A stretch of DNA of 55,187 nucleotides from Anaerolineae bacterium (GTDB lineage Bacteria; Chloroflexota; Anaerolineae; Anaerolineales; UBA4823). The position numbers and the translations under genes were made by a program. The notes below the pieces were generated by a model, which was not told where the DNA came from, ran no database searches, and worked only from the letters and a program-made list of their open reading frames with translations. The stretch lies in assembly GCA_041301395.1 (NCBI GenBank), contig JBFYSP010000139.1:1-55187 (forward strand). Direction: 5' to 3'. Positions 44,283 through 52,029 of this stretch are shown here, one piece after another (position 1 is the stretch's first letter; the number at the start of each line of letters is the position of its first letter).

Positions 44283-45832
44283 CGCGAAATCGCATTCTCC
44301 GGAGAGCGGCCATCATAGGCCTCGATGCGGCGCCCAGCCCGCTGCAGGTAGCCATCGTATTCTCTACCCAGCCCGCTGGAGGTCCAGCCATCCAGGTTAA
44401 AGGTCAGGTCCTCGTCGGCGGGAATCCATTCGCCGTTATATTTGCGCGCCAGGTGGACGTGGGCGCCGGCCGATACACCACCCTCACAGGAAGGGTGCCC
44501 GATGCGCTCCCCTGCATTCAGGTAGGTGCCCACCGGCACGCGGTCCTGCCGGTCGATATGCAGGTAAAGCAGGGCCCAGCCGGTCTGCTCGAGGCCGTCG
44601 CCGTCTAAATCCTGGATAACGACTCCATCCTGGGAGCGCACAACCAGCCCATCGGCAGCCGCCGTCACCCAATCAGGGCTGATCACGCAGCCCAGGCCTT
44701 CGCCGGGAGGCGCAAAATCCAATGCCGCCCAGGCCGAGCCATCCCCCCAACCGCCATGCGGGCCGCCGGTAAAAGACCATTCTTTGCCGGGCTCGAAGGG
44801 CAGCTGCAGCGCCGGCTGGGACAGGTCGGAGGGAACTAAGGGCTCGTAAGTAAACTGGAAGGGGTTGCCAAACAGGTTGTAATAGACGGCTGCCACGCCC
44901 CCATCACCGACCGCCTGCTCCCAGCTGGGGCGATCGTAAAGCACCGAGAACATATGCTGTACGCCGGCGGTACCGGCGTTGATCGTCGGGTTGACCGGCA
45001 CCACATCGCCATCTCCCAGCAGCCAGGCATTGATCCCATTGGCGCGCCATAAGTAATAGCCGCGGTTGAGATTGTTGGCCGCCCAGGATAGCTCATAATA
45101 CAACCCTTTGCGGGCCGGGTTACGCACGCCGATCGGGTAATCCTGCTTGCCTTCTTTTGGGTTAGGGTTGGAGAGCCAGCCGCCCTGGTATTCCAGCACC
45201 GCCAGGAGCAGGCGCGGGTTTACCGAGTACTCCAGCGCCACGCGCTCCACAATCTGCGCGCCGCTGGCCGGCTGCCCGTCGACTTCCTCGCTGTAGCGCT
45301 TGAGGTAGCCGCCCTGATTCTGGACAAAGGCGGCGACATCGAAGCCGGCGCCTGGCGGGCCATACACCAGCTCCGAGTCGGGGATGACTTTATCCGCCGG
45401 ACCGATCTTGGATGGATCCGGCAGCGGGATGGTCAGCACCTGGCCGACTTCCAGCAGATCCGGGTTGGCGAGCTGATTTTCATCGACCAGCTGCCGCAAG
45501 CCGACCGAATACCTCTGGGCGATGCGCCCCAGGCTTTCGCCAGCCTGGACCGTGTGCTGCTCAACCTGGGTGCGCAGGTTGGGCAGTGGGTGAGGGGTAT
45601 CGGGGGTGGGGGTAATAAACGGGCTGGCAGCAGTGGGCGCAAGGCGCGCAATTCCTCCCGATCCGCCGGTGTTGGCGGATTGGGAGGTGCTGCCAGGCAA
45701 CTGACGGGAGACACTCCAGGTATCCTGGCTACGCGTTTGTAAGCTGCGGACCCCGGCGATTGCCATGCCCGTGACAATCGTGATGGCAATCAACAGCAAG
45801 GCCATACTAGGTCGGATTTCTTGGCGGTCCAT
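44279..45832 (-). CDS. LysM plus M23 (LasA-like) peptidase paralog 4, membrane-anchored
   Basis: TM anchor MALLLIAITIVTGMAIAGV. LysM HTVQAGESLGRIAQRYSVGLRQLVDENQL. SVNPRLLLAVLEYQ. GPHGGWGDGSAWAALDFAP. GAHVHLARKYNGEW. The start is uncertain: ATG 45832, ATG 45859 or TTG 45934. Confidence 0.75.
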   Translation of the reverse strand: MDRQEIRPSMALLLIAITIVTGMAIAGVRSLQTRSQDTWSVSRQLPGSTSQSANTGGSGGIARLAPTAASPFITPTPDTPHPLPNLRTQVEQHTVQAGESLGRIAQRYSVGLRQLVDENQLANPDLLEVGQVLTIPLPDPSKIGPADKVIPDSELVYGPPGAGFDVAAFVQNQGGYLKRYSEEVDGQPASGAQIVERVALEYSVNPRLLLAVLEYQGGWLSNPNPKEGKQDYPIGVRNPARKGLYYELSWAANNLNRGYYLWRANGINAWLLGDGDVVPVNPTINAGTAGVQHMFSVLYDRPSWEQAVGDGGVAAVYYNLFGNPFQFTYEPLVPSDLSQPALQLPFEPGKEWSFTGGPHGGWGDGSAWAALDFAPPGEGLGCVISPDWVTAAADGLVVRSQDGVVIQDLDGDGLEQTGWALLYLHIDRQDRVPVGTYLNAGERIGHPSCEGGVSAGAHVHLARKYNGEWIPADEDLTFNLDGWTSSGLGREYDGYLQRAGRRIEAYDGRSPENAISR

Positions 45833-45902
45833 GACTTGCTCAGAGAAGGATTCTACCATAGCGGAGAATGCAAGAATCAGGCCATTTATCCCTGTCAGGG
45901 CC

Positions 45903-45930
45903 TTGACAGGCGGCAGATTGGTGATACAAT
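45903..45930 (+). promoter_or_regulatory. Sigma70-type promoter with an extended -10 (TTGACA - 16 nt - TGaTACAAT) for the GntR gene
   Basis: TTGACA at 45903-45908, TG at 45922-45923 and TACAAT at 45925-45930. Confidence 0.6.
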
Positions 45931-45973
45931 ACAATCAATTGTACAATCATACAATACGACAATAATACAATTA
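45926..45973. repeat. Array of six ACAAT pentamers plus one inverted ATTGT. The last four form an 8-bp-period tandem repeat.
   Basis: ACAAT at 45926, 45931, 45943, 45951, 45959 and 45967, and ATTGT at 45938. TACAATCA TACAATAC GACAATAA TACAATTA spans 45942-45973. Confidence 0.9.
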
Positions 45974-46003
45974 AAGGAATCCTGATGACAGCAGAACCAC
46001 CCC

Positions 46004-46411
46004 ATGCAGTTTGAGCTAGATTTTCGCTCCGGGCAGCCGATCTATCTGCAGATCGCCGACCAGATCCGCCAGAAAGTGGCCAGCGGCGAGCTAAAGCCCG
46101 GCGACCAGCTACCGACTGTGCGCCAGATGGCCACCGACCTGCGCATCAATTTCAACACGGTAGCCCGGGCATATCGCTTGCTGGACGAGGCCGGCCTGAT
46201 CTCGACACAGCACGGGCGCGGTACATACATCTGGGAGCAAGACTCCTCGCAGGTCGCCCGGCTGCTGCGACAGGAAGGCATTGAAGTGCAAACCAGACGT
46301 TTCCTGCACAACGCCCAACAGCAGGGTTACACACCCGAGGAAGTACAGGCAGTCTTTAACGAGCTGATGGCAGCCTGGCAGCTGGGAGACGATATCCCTG
46401 ACGAAGAATAG
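46004..46411 (+). CDS. GntR-family (short, YtrA-like) transcriptional regulator
   Basis: QPIYLQIADQIRQKVASGELKPGDQLPTVRQMATDLRINFNTVARAYRLLDEAGLISTQHGRGTYI. The effector domain is short. Confidence 0.85.
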   Translation: MQFELDFRSGQPIYLQIADQIRQKVASGELKPGDQLPTVRQMATDLRINFNTVARAYRLLDEAGLISTQHGRGTYIWEQDSSQVARLLRQEGIEVQTRRFLHNAQQQGYTPEEVQAVFNELMAAWQLGDDIPDEE

Positions 46412-46482
46412 AGCTCGCAACCAACTCGCTCTTTGAAGGAAGAGATTAGATCAAAGGTAATGAAGGATACCAAAGTGTAAAT

Positions 46483-47424
46483 ATGGACACAAGTTACCCC
46501 GCAACAGACCAAAAAAGCAACAAGCCGCCTGAGACGACGCGCGTCAGCAACATTGCCGTCATACTGTTCATGCTGTTTTTATTGATCGGCATCGGCGGCG
46601 CCATTCTGTTGGATATCAAAGAACAACCCACCAACCTGGTAGTCGCCTGGGGCGTGATCTTTACCCTGATCGGTGTTTACTTCCTAACTTCGGTAAAAAT
46701 TGCTCAGCAATGGGAGAAAGCAGTGGTGCTACGGCTGGGCAAGTTTCGAGGTCTGCGCGGCCCTGGCCTTTTCTTTATCGTGCCGGTGGTTGATAGCACC
46801 GTCAACTGGATCGATCACCGGGTGATGGTGACGCCTTTCAACGCCGAGAAGACGCTGACCAAGGACACGGTGCCGGTAGATGTGGACGCGGTGCTGTTCT
46901 GGATGGTGTGGGATGCCGAGAAAGCCGCTTTGGAGGTGCAGAACTACCGCTCTTCAATCACCTGGGCATCCCAGACGGCGCTGCGCGAGATCATCGGCCA
47001 GATGGACCTGGCGGAAATCCTGGTCGGGCGCTCAAAAATGGACGCCGACCTGCAGCGCATTATCGATGAGCGCACCACGCCCTGGGGTGTCTCGGTGCAG
47101 TCCGTCGAGATCCGGGATGTGATCATCCCGCAGGACCTGGAGGACGCGATGAGCCGCCAGGCGCAGGCTGAGCGCGAGCGCCAGGCACGTGTCATCCTGG
47201 GCGAGTCCGAAAAGCAGATTGCATCCAGCTTCGCCGAAGCTGCTGAGGCTTATATCAACAACCCGACCGCGCTGCACCTGCGCGCCATGAACATGCTGTT
47301 TGAGGGCCTGAAAGAGAAAGGCGCCATGATCATTGTGCCTAGCAGCGCCGTAGAAACGATGAACCTGGGCGGATTGAGCGGCCTGGTAGCCCTGGCCAAC
47401 AGCATGGCGCCTAAGAGCGAGTAG
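46483..47424 (+). CDS. SPFH/Band 7 (stomatin-like) membrane protein
   Basis: N-terminal TM segments, then EKAVVLRLGKF...GLFFIVP...TKDTVPVDVDAVLFW...ALREIIG...ERE-rich coiled coil. Confidence 0.85.
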   Translation: MDTSYPATDQKSNKPPETTRVSNIAVILFMLFLLIGIGGAILLDIKEQPTNLVVAWGVIFTLIGVYFLTSVKIAQQWEKAVVLRLGKFRGLRGPGLFFIVPVVDSTVNWIDHRVMVTPFNAEKTLTKDTVPVDVDAVLFWMVWDAEKAALEVQNYRSSITWASQTALREIIGQMDLAEILVGRSKMDADLQRIIDERTTPWGVSVQSVEIRDVIIPQDLEDAMSRQAQAERERQARVILGESEKQIASSFAEAAEAYINNPTALHLRAMNMLFEGLKEKGAMIIVPSSAVETMNLGGLSGLVALANSMAPKSE

Positions 47425-47430
47425 ATAGCC

Positions 47431-47643
47431 ATGACCGAGCCAATCCAATGTGAGTACCGCGTACAGACCCTGGGCAGCACCTGGCACGAACCGAAGGACA
47501 GCGAAATTGCCACCCTGCTGTCTGGCTGGGGAGCTGAGGGCTGGGAGATGGTCAGTGCGACGCATACCACCGGCAATAAACTGATGCTGGTTGCCCGGCG
47601 CCCACTCAGTGATATTGATCGCCGCCGCAGATCCTATCCCTAA
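47431..47643 (+). CDS. DUF4177-like small protein
   Basis: YRVQTLGS....LLSGWGAEGWEMVSAT....KLMLVARRP pattern. Confidence 0.55.
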   Translation: MTEPIQCEYRVQTLGSTWHEPKDSEIATLLSGWGAEGWEMVSATHTTGNKLMLVARRPLSDIDRRRRSYP

Positions 47644-47653
47644 TAACAAAAAA

Positions 47654-47667
47654 GTTTCACGTGAAAC
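47654..47667. promoter_or_regulatory. Perfect 14-bp palindrome GTTTCACGTGAAAC
   Basis: Read directly. It lies between the DUF4177 stop and the PLDc_N/ABC operon. A near-identical copy sits at 49706-49725. Confidence 0.5.
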
Positions 47668-47672
47668 AATAG

Positions 47673-47704
47673 CCGGGATGGTCGGGATCTCCCGACCATC
47701 CCGG
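47673..47704 (+). terminator. Long GC-rich perfect hairpin (CCGGGATGGTCGGGA / TCCCGACCATCCCGG)
   Basis: Arms of 15 nt separated by 2 nt, about 30 nt after the DUF4177 stop. No U-tract, so it may be an attenuator or an RNA-stability element rather than a classical terminator. Confidence 0.5.
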
Positions 47705-47723
47705 CAGTAATCAAGGAGACAAC

Positions 47724-47954
47724 ATGCTATCACAAGAACTGCAAACCCTGCTCCTGCTGGCCAGCCCGATCTTCCTGATCCAGATTGGCCTGGCAGTCTA
47801 TTCCCTGGTGGACCTGGCCAAACGCAAGCTGACCCGCGGGCCGCGCTGGCTGTGGGCCGTACTGCTGGTTCTGGGCGCTGTTAGTGTACCCATGGGGTTG
47901 ATCACCAGCGCTCTTTATTTGCTGTGGGGGCGGCAAGTCGAGGCGGCCTTATGA
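47724..47954 (+). CDS. PLDc_N-domain small membrane protein
   Basis: Two TM helices with LVDLAKRK...PRWLWAVLLVL, typical of the PLD nuclease N-terminal (PLDc_N) family commonly found with YtrA-type ABC operons. Confidence 0.6.
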   Translation: MLSQELQTLLLLASPIFLIQIGLAVYSLVDLAKRKLTRGPRWLWAVLLVLGAVSVPMGLITSALYLLWGRQVEAAL

Positions 47955-48877
47955 TCCGCGTCGAGAACCTGGTCAAGACCTACGGGCAGGTGCGTGCCCT
48001 GGATGGGCTGAACCTGCGCGTCGAGGCCGGCAAAGTTTACGGTTTCCTGGGGCCGAACGGCGCCGGCAAGACCACTACGCTGCGCATCCTCTCCGGGCTG
48101 GCGCGGCCGGATGCCGGCCAGGCCTGGATCATGGAGCAGCCGGTGGCATTTGGCTCGGCGCCGCTGCGCAAGATGATCGGCGTGCTGCCGGAGGAGCCGG
48201 CCTTTTACCCGTGGATGACGCCGCGGGAGCTGCTGCGCGATTTGACAGCCCCGCTGTATGGCATGTCGCCGGCAGATTCAGCTCGCAAGACAGCCGCGCT
48301 GCTCGAGCGGGTGGGCTTGAGCAGCGCCGCCGACCGGCGCATCGGCGGCTTTTCCCGCGGGATGCGCCAGCGATTGGGCCTGGCGCAGGCGCTGGTGCAC
48401 CAGCCCAGCATCCTGCTGCTGGACGAGCCGGTCAGCGCCCTGGACCCGGCCGGGCGCAAAGAAGTACTTGAGCTGATTGACAGCCTGCGCCAGCAGGCCA
48501 CGATCCTGCTATCCACGCATATCCTGGCGGATGTCGAGCGAGTGTGCGACGTGGTCGGGATCATCCACCACGGTCGGCTGGTGATTGAAGCGGAACGAGA
48601 AAGCCTGCTGGAGCGCTACGGCGTGCCGGTGATCGAGGTCGAGTCTGAAGGCGCTTTACAGGCCTGGAGCGAGCAAGCCGGGAGTCTGCCGGGCGTGGAA
48701 CAGGTCTCGCTGGCCAATCATACCGCCCGCCTGCGGGTCAAGGACGCTGCCACCAGCCTGCCAGCGGTGCTGCAGTCGATCATCGGACAAGGATTGCCTG
48801 TGGCGCGTGTCGAAATTGTGCGCCCATCCCTGGAAGATGTATTCTTGCGCCTGACCGAAGAAGCACCCCAACAATGA
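47951..48877 (+). CDS. ABC transporter ATP-binding protein
   Basis: ATGA overlap with the upstream gene. Walker A GPNGAGKTT, signature FSRGMRQRL, Walker B ILLLDEP. Confidence 0.9.
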   Translation: MIRVENLVKTYGQVRALDGLNLRVEAGKVYGFLGPNGAGKTTTLRILSGLARPDAGQAWIMEQPVAFGSAPLRKMIGVLPEEPAFYPWMTPRELLRDLTAPLYGMSPADSARKTAALLERVGLSSAADRRIGGFSRGMRQRLGLAQALVHQPSILLLDEPVSALDPAGRKEVLELIDSLRQQATILLSTHILADVERVCDVVGIIHHGRLVIEAERESLLERYGVPVIEVESEGALQAWSEQAGSLPGVEQVSLANHTARLRVKDAATSLPAVLQSIIGQGLPVARVEIVRPSLEDVFLRLTEEAPQQ

Positions 48878-48929
48878 ACGGCCGCGGGAAACAAACAAAA
48901 CGGCTGTAAACCCCAACTGGAGCCGAGCC

Positions 48930-49688
48930 ATGTTCATGACTTTATTGAAAAAAGAGCTGCGCGAACAGCGCCGTACGCACCGCCTGCTGATTTTCCTGGC
49001 AGCATTCACCCTGATCGGCCTGCTCTCCCCGCTGATTGCCCGCTATACCCCTGTGCTCCTGCGCAGCATCCCCGATCTACCGGCCGGGCTGGCCGAATTG
49101 ATCCCCGACCCTTCAATAAAAGATGTCGTTGACCAGTACCTGAAGAATTTCAGCCAGATCGGCCTGCTGCTGGTGGTTGTGCTGACCATGGGCCTGGTCG
49201 CGCAGGAAAAAGAGCGCGGTACGGCTGCCATGCTGTTCAGCAAACCGGTGCGCAGAGCCACGTTTGTACTAGGAAAGTGGCTGGCCAGCCTGTCCAGCCT
49301 GCTGGCGGGGCTGGCGCTGGCGGCGGTCGGCTGCCTGCTGTACACATATATCCTGTTCGAGCCGCTGCCGGTGGCCGATTTCCTGGCGCTCAACGCCCTG
49401 CTGGCGGTTTTTCTGGGGGTCTACCTGACCCTGGCCCTGGCAGGCAGCGCCCTGGCACGCAGCCAGTCCATGGGCGCACTGGCGGCGTTCGTGCTGGTGG
49501 TTCTGGTGCTGGTATTGGGTTCGGTGCCGCGCCTGGGAGACTACATGCCCGGGCAGCTGCTGGCCGGAGGGCATGCGCTTTTGATGGGAGGATCATTCGA
49601 TGCCTGGCCGGCGCTGGCCGGCTCGCTGGTGTTAGCCGGGCTGGCGCTGCTGGGCGCCTGCCTGTTCATAGAACGCGAAGAGCTGTAA
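48930..49688 (+). CDS. ABC-2-type transporter permease
   Basis: Six hydrophobic segments and the N-terminal LLKKELREQRRT motif typical of ABC-2 permeases. Confidence 0.75.
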   Translation: MFMTLLKKELREQRRTHRLLIFLAAFTLIGLLSPLIARYTPVLLRSIPDLPAGLAELIPDPSIKDVVDQYLKNFSQIGLLLVVVLTMGLVAQEKERGTAAMLFSKPVRRATFVLGKWLASLSSLLAGLALAAVGCLLYTYILFEPLPVADFLALNALLAVFLGVYLTLALAGSALARSQSMGALAAFVLVVLVLVLGSVPRLGDYMPGQLLAGGHALLMGGSFDAWPALAGSLVLAGLALLGACLFIEREEL

Positions 49689-49705
49689 TCAGGACAAGGG
49701 GTGGA

Positions 49706-49725
49706 ATTGTTTCACGTGGAACAAT
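49706..49725. promoter_or_regulatory. 20-bp near-palindrome ATTGTTTCACGTGGAACAAT (second copy of the CACGTG-centred motif)
   Basis: Read directly, with one mismatched pair (a G-U wobble if transcribed). It sits between convergent genes and touches the stop of the 49725-50726 gene. Confidence 0.5.
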
Positions 49726-50726
49726 CAGACGCCGGCTTTGCGCCCCCAGATCTCTAGCGTCTCTTCCACCATATCCAGGTATGCGTCCAGGGCGGCCAGG
49801 CGTTCATCAAAAGCTGTGCCCAACAGGCCCAAGTACTCAAAGGCCTGGCGCCAGGCTGCCAGATTCTCTGGTGCAGGCGGTTGAGCGCTGACCGCTATCG
49901 TCCAGGTATGCAGCAGCGGCCACAGGATGGCCTGCGGCTGGCTACCCTTCAGCAGCTCCAGGAAGGCCTGCCGGTAGTACACCAGCCGGTGGGGATGCAG
50001 GCGCACCGGCCTGCCTTCTTCGGGCAATGCCTGGAATGCCGCCTGCCAGACGGCAATCCAGGTTGACAGAATGTCGTCTTCCAGGTTAGGAGCTCCCAAC
50101 AAGCCAAGCAAACCGGCATGCAGGCCGGGTTTCCCCACTGCGGCTGCCCGAGCCGGGTAAGAGAGTAAGAACCTGCGCTCGGTTAGCGGCCCGCCGCTCA
50201 GGCTGGCAATGGCATTGGCGGCGCTGCTCACGGCGCGCAGGTATTCCGTTACCTGCACTGTGCCCTGCTCGAAGGGTTGGTTGTGAAACGAGAGCCAGAT
50301 ACGACGGGCAGTATCGGCCTGAGTCTGTGCCCGCTCCAGGACGTGGTCGGCGCGATCGAACTGGCCGCGCACACTGGCGATGGTGAAATCCAGGAAATGC
50401 TGCGGGTCGTACAGCGAACGGCAGCCTTTCAAGATAGGGCCCAACCAGGCATCCACCCGCAAGGTGCGAGTATTGCGGTAGTCCGTGAAACGATGATGGG
50501 CGATATCCAGGTGGACTTCGTCAGTCAGGCGCACGATCTCGCGTCCGACCGGCGCGTCGTCGGTATGGATGAAAAACAGGTCGATGTCGGCAGTGCCACC
50601 CAACAGGAACGAGTCTTCCAGCAACGCGCCGGACAGGTAGACGGCAATCAGGTTGCGGTCCAGGCGCGTGCGCTGGGCTACCGTGTCGCGGGCGATATTG
50701 AGCAGGGTGTCTCGAGTGATGCGCAT
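49725..50726 (-). CDS. Hypothetical protein with an N-terminal Pol-beta-type nucleotidyltransferase-like motif
   Basis: VYLSGALLED...GGTADIDLFFIH resembles the G[SG]-x(n)-DxD NTase signature. The remainder is helical and I do not recognise it. Confidence 0.45.
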   Translation of the reverse strand: MRITRDTLLNIARDTVAQRTRLDRNLIAVYLSGALLEDSFLLGGTADIDLFFIHTDDAPVGREIVRLTDEVHLDIAHHRFTDYRNTRTLRVDAWLGPILKGCRSLYDPQHFLDFTIASVRGQFDRADHVLERAQTQADTARRIWLSFHNQPFEQGTVQVTEYLRAVSSAANAIASLSGGPLTERRFLLSYPARAAAVGKPGLHAGLLGLLGAPNLEDDILSTWIAVWQAAFQALPEEGRPVRLHPHRLVYYRQAFLELLKGSQPQAILWPLLHTWTIAVSAQPPAPENLAAWRQAFEYLGLLGTAFDERLAALDAYLDMVEETLEIWGRKAGV

Positions 50727-50765
50727 CGATTAATCGAAGAGAAGCATACGCCCTGGGGCTTATGC

Positions 50766-51413
50766 CTAATCAGGGAGCTCCAGCGGCAGCTCCGGTTGGA
50801 AGGGCGTAATTTTCATTGCCTGGCGGATGCGCTCTTCGACCGTCTGAAGGTCGGCGGAGTTGTGAACGAAATCCAGGTGGTTGGTGTCCAGCGTCAGGAC
50901 CGGGGAGCGCCGGGAGCGGTGGTCGGCAAAAAAAGCCTCGTAAGCCTGGTTCAGCTCGGCAATATAGTTACGTTCCATGTTACGCTCGTAAGGCCGGTCA
51001 CGCAGGGTAATGCGCTCCATCAAGGTGTCGACATTTGCCCGCAGGTAAACCACCAGATCGGGGGGCGGGATTTTTTCGGCCAGAGCTTCGTGCACCTGGT
51101 GGTAGGTCTCCAACTCATCGCCAAACAGGTTAATGCCGGCAAAGAGGGCGTCTTTTTCGAAGGTGTAATCGGCAATCAGATTTTTGCCGCCGGATAGGAT
51201 GGTGGGCACAGCCCGGCGCTGCTGGTGGTAGCGGCTGAGCAGGAAGAAAATCTGAGTCTGGAAGGCATAGCGCTGGCGGTCGCTGTAGAAATCTGAGAGG
51301 AAGGGGTTTTCTTCGAAAACCTCTAACAGCAAATCGGCCTGAAATGCGGTCTGGAGCAGCCGCGCCAGGGTGGTTTTGCCAACGCCGATCACGCCTTCAA
51401 TTGCCATGTACAT
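50766..51413 (-). CDS. Deoxynucleoside kinase
   Basis: P-loop IEGVIGVGKTT, the ERS-like motif ADYTFEKD, and the DRPYE / LRANVDTLMERI lid region. Confidence 0.8.
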   Translation of the reverse strand: MYMAIEGVIGVGKTTLARLLQTAFQADLLLEVFEENPFLSDFYSDRQRYAFQTQIFFLLSRYHQQRRAVPTILSGGKNLIADYTFEKDALFAGINLFGDELETYHQVHEALAEKIPPPDLVVYLRANVDTLMERITLRDRPYERNMERNYIAELNQAYEAFFADHRSRRSPVLTLDTNHLDFVHNSADLQTVEERIRQAMKITPFQPELPLELPD

Positions 51414-51646
51414 AAGCAGTCAAATCCTGTTATAAATCCATTTTTTGTTGCGTTATATTACAGTCATGCAATATATAATACATAATTGCTTTATCTACCG
51501 GTTTCCCGGCTGCCCTTCTCCCGCTAAGGATACCAGCCTTTGCGCCAGAATGCAACGGATTTTCGCCGCGTCTATTGACATTTACCCGTCTCGCGCTAAA
51601 GTTAATGTATTGATTTAGTCCTCATACCCACCTTAGGAGGTCTTGC

Positions 51647-52021
51647 ATGGCAACATTGAACCGCGTACAGCTCATCGGGCGATTGGGGCGAGATCCCGAA
51701 ACCCGCTACACGCCCACCGGAAAAAAGGTGACCAATTTTAGCATTGCGGTTAACCGGCGCTGGAAAGGTGAAGATGGCGAATTCAAAGAATCCACCGATT
51801 GGTTCAACATCGAAGCCTGGGGGTATGTGGGCGAAAAATGCCAGGAAAACCTGAGTAAAGGCCGTCAGGTTTACCTGGAGGGTCGATTGCACACCGACCG
51901 AGTGGGCGAAGGGGAGGAAGCGCGCTACTATACCAAAGTCGTGGCCCTGAATGTGCAAATCCTGGACCGCAAACCCGAGGAAAAAGCGGTCGAGGAAGAG
52001 GAGGAGTTCCCGTTCGGCTAA
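51647..52021 (+). CDS. ssb: Single-stranded DNA-binding protein
   Basis: MATLNRVQLIGRLGRDPETRYTPTGKKVTNFSIAVNRRW...WFNIEAWG. OB fold with an acidic tail EEEEEFPFG. Confidence 0.95.
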   Translation: MATLNRVQLIGRLGRDPETRYTPTGKKVTNFSIAVNRRWKGEDGEFKESTDWFNIEAWGYVGEKCQENLSKGRQVYLEGRLHTDRVGEGEEARYYTKVVALNVQILDRKPEEKAVEEEEEFPFG

Positions 52022-52029
52022 ACGCCGGA

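Noticed and set aside
51414-51646. The 230-bp AT-rich gap upstream of ssb as a possible tRNA or small RNA locus
   Set aside because: I could not find a cloverleaf-compatible sequence or a conserved RNA motif. It contains a plausible ssb promoter (TTGACA near 51575) and most likely consists of divergent promoter regions.
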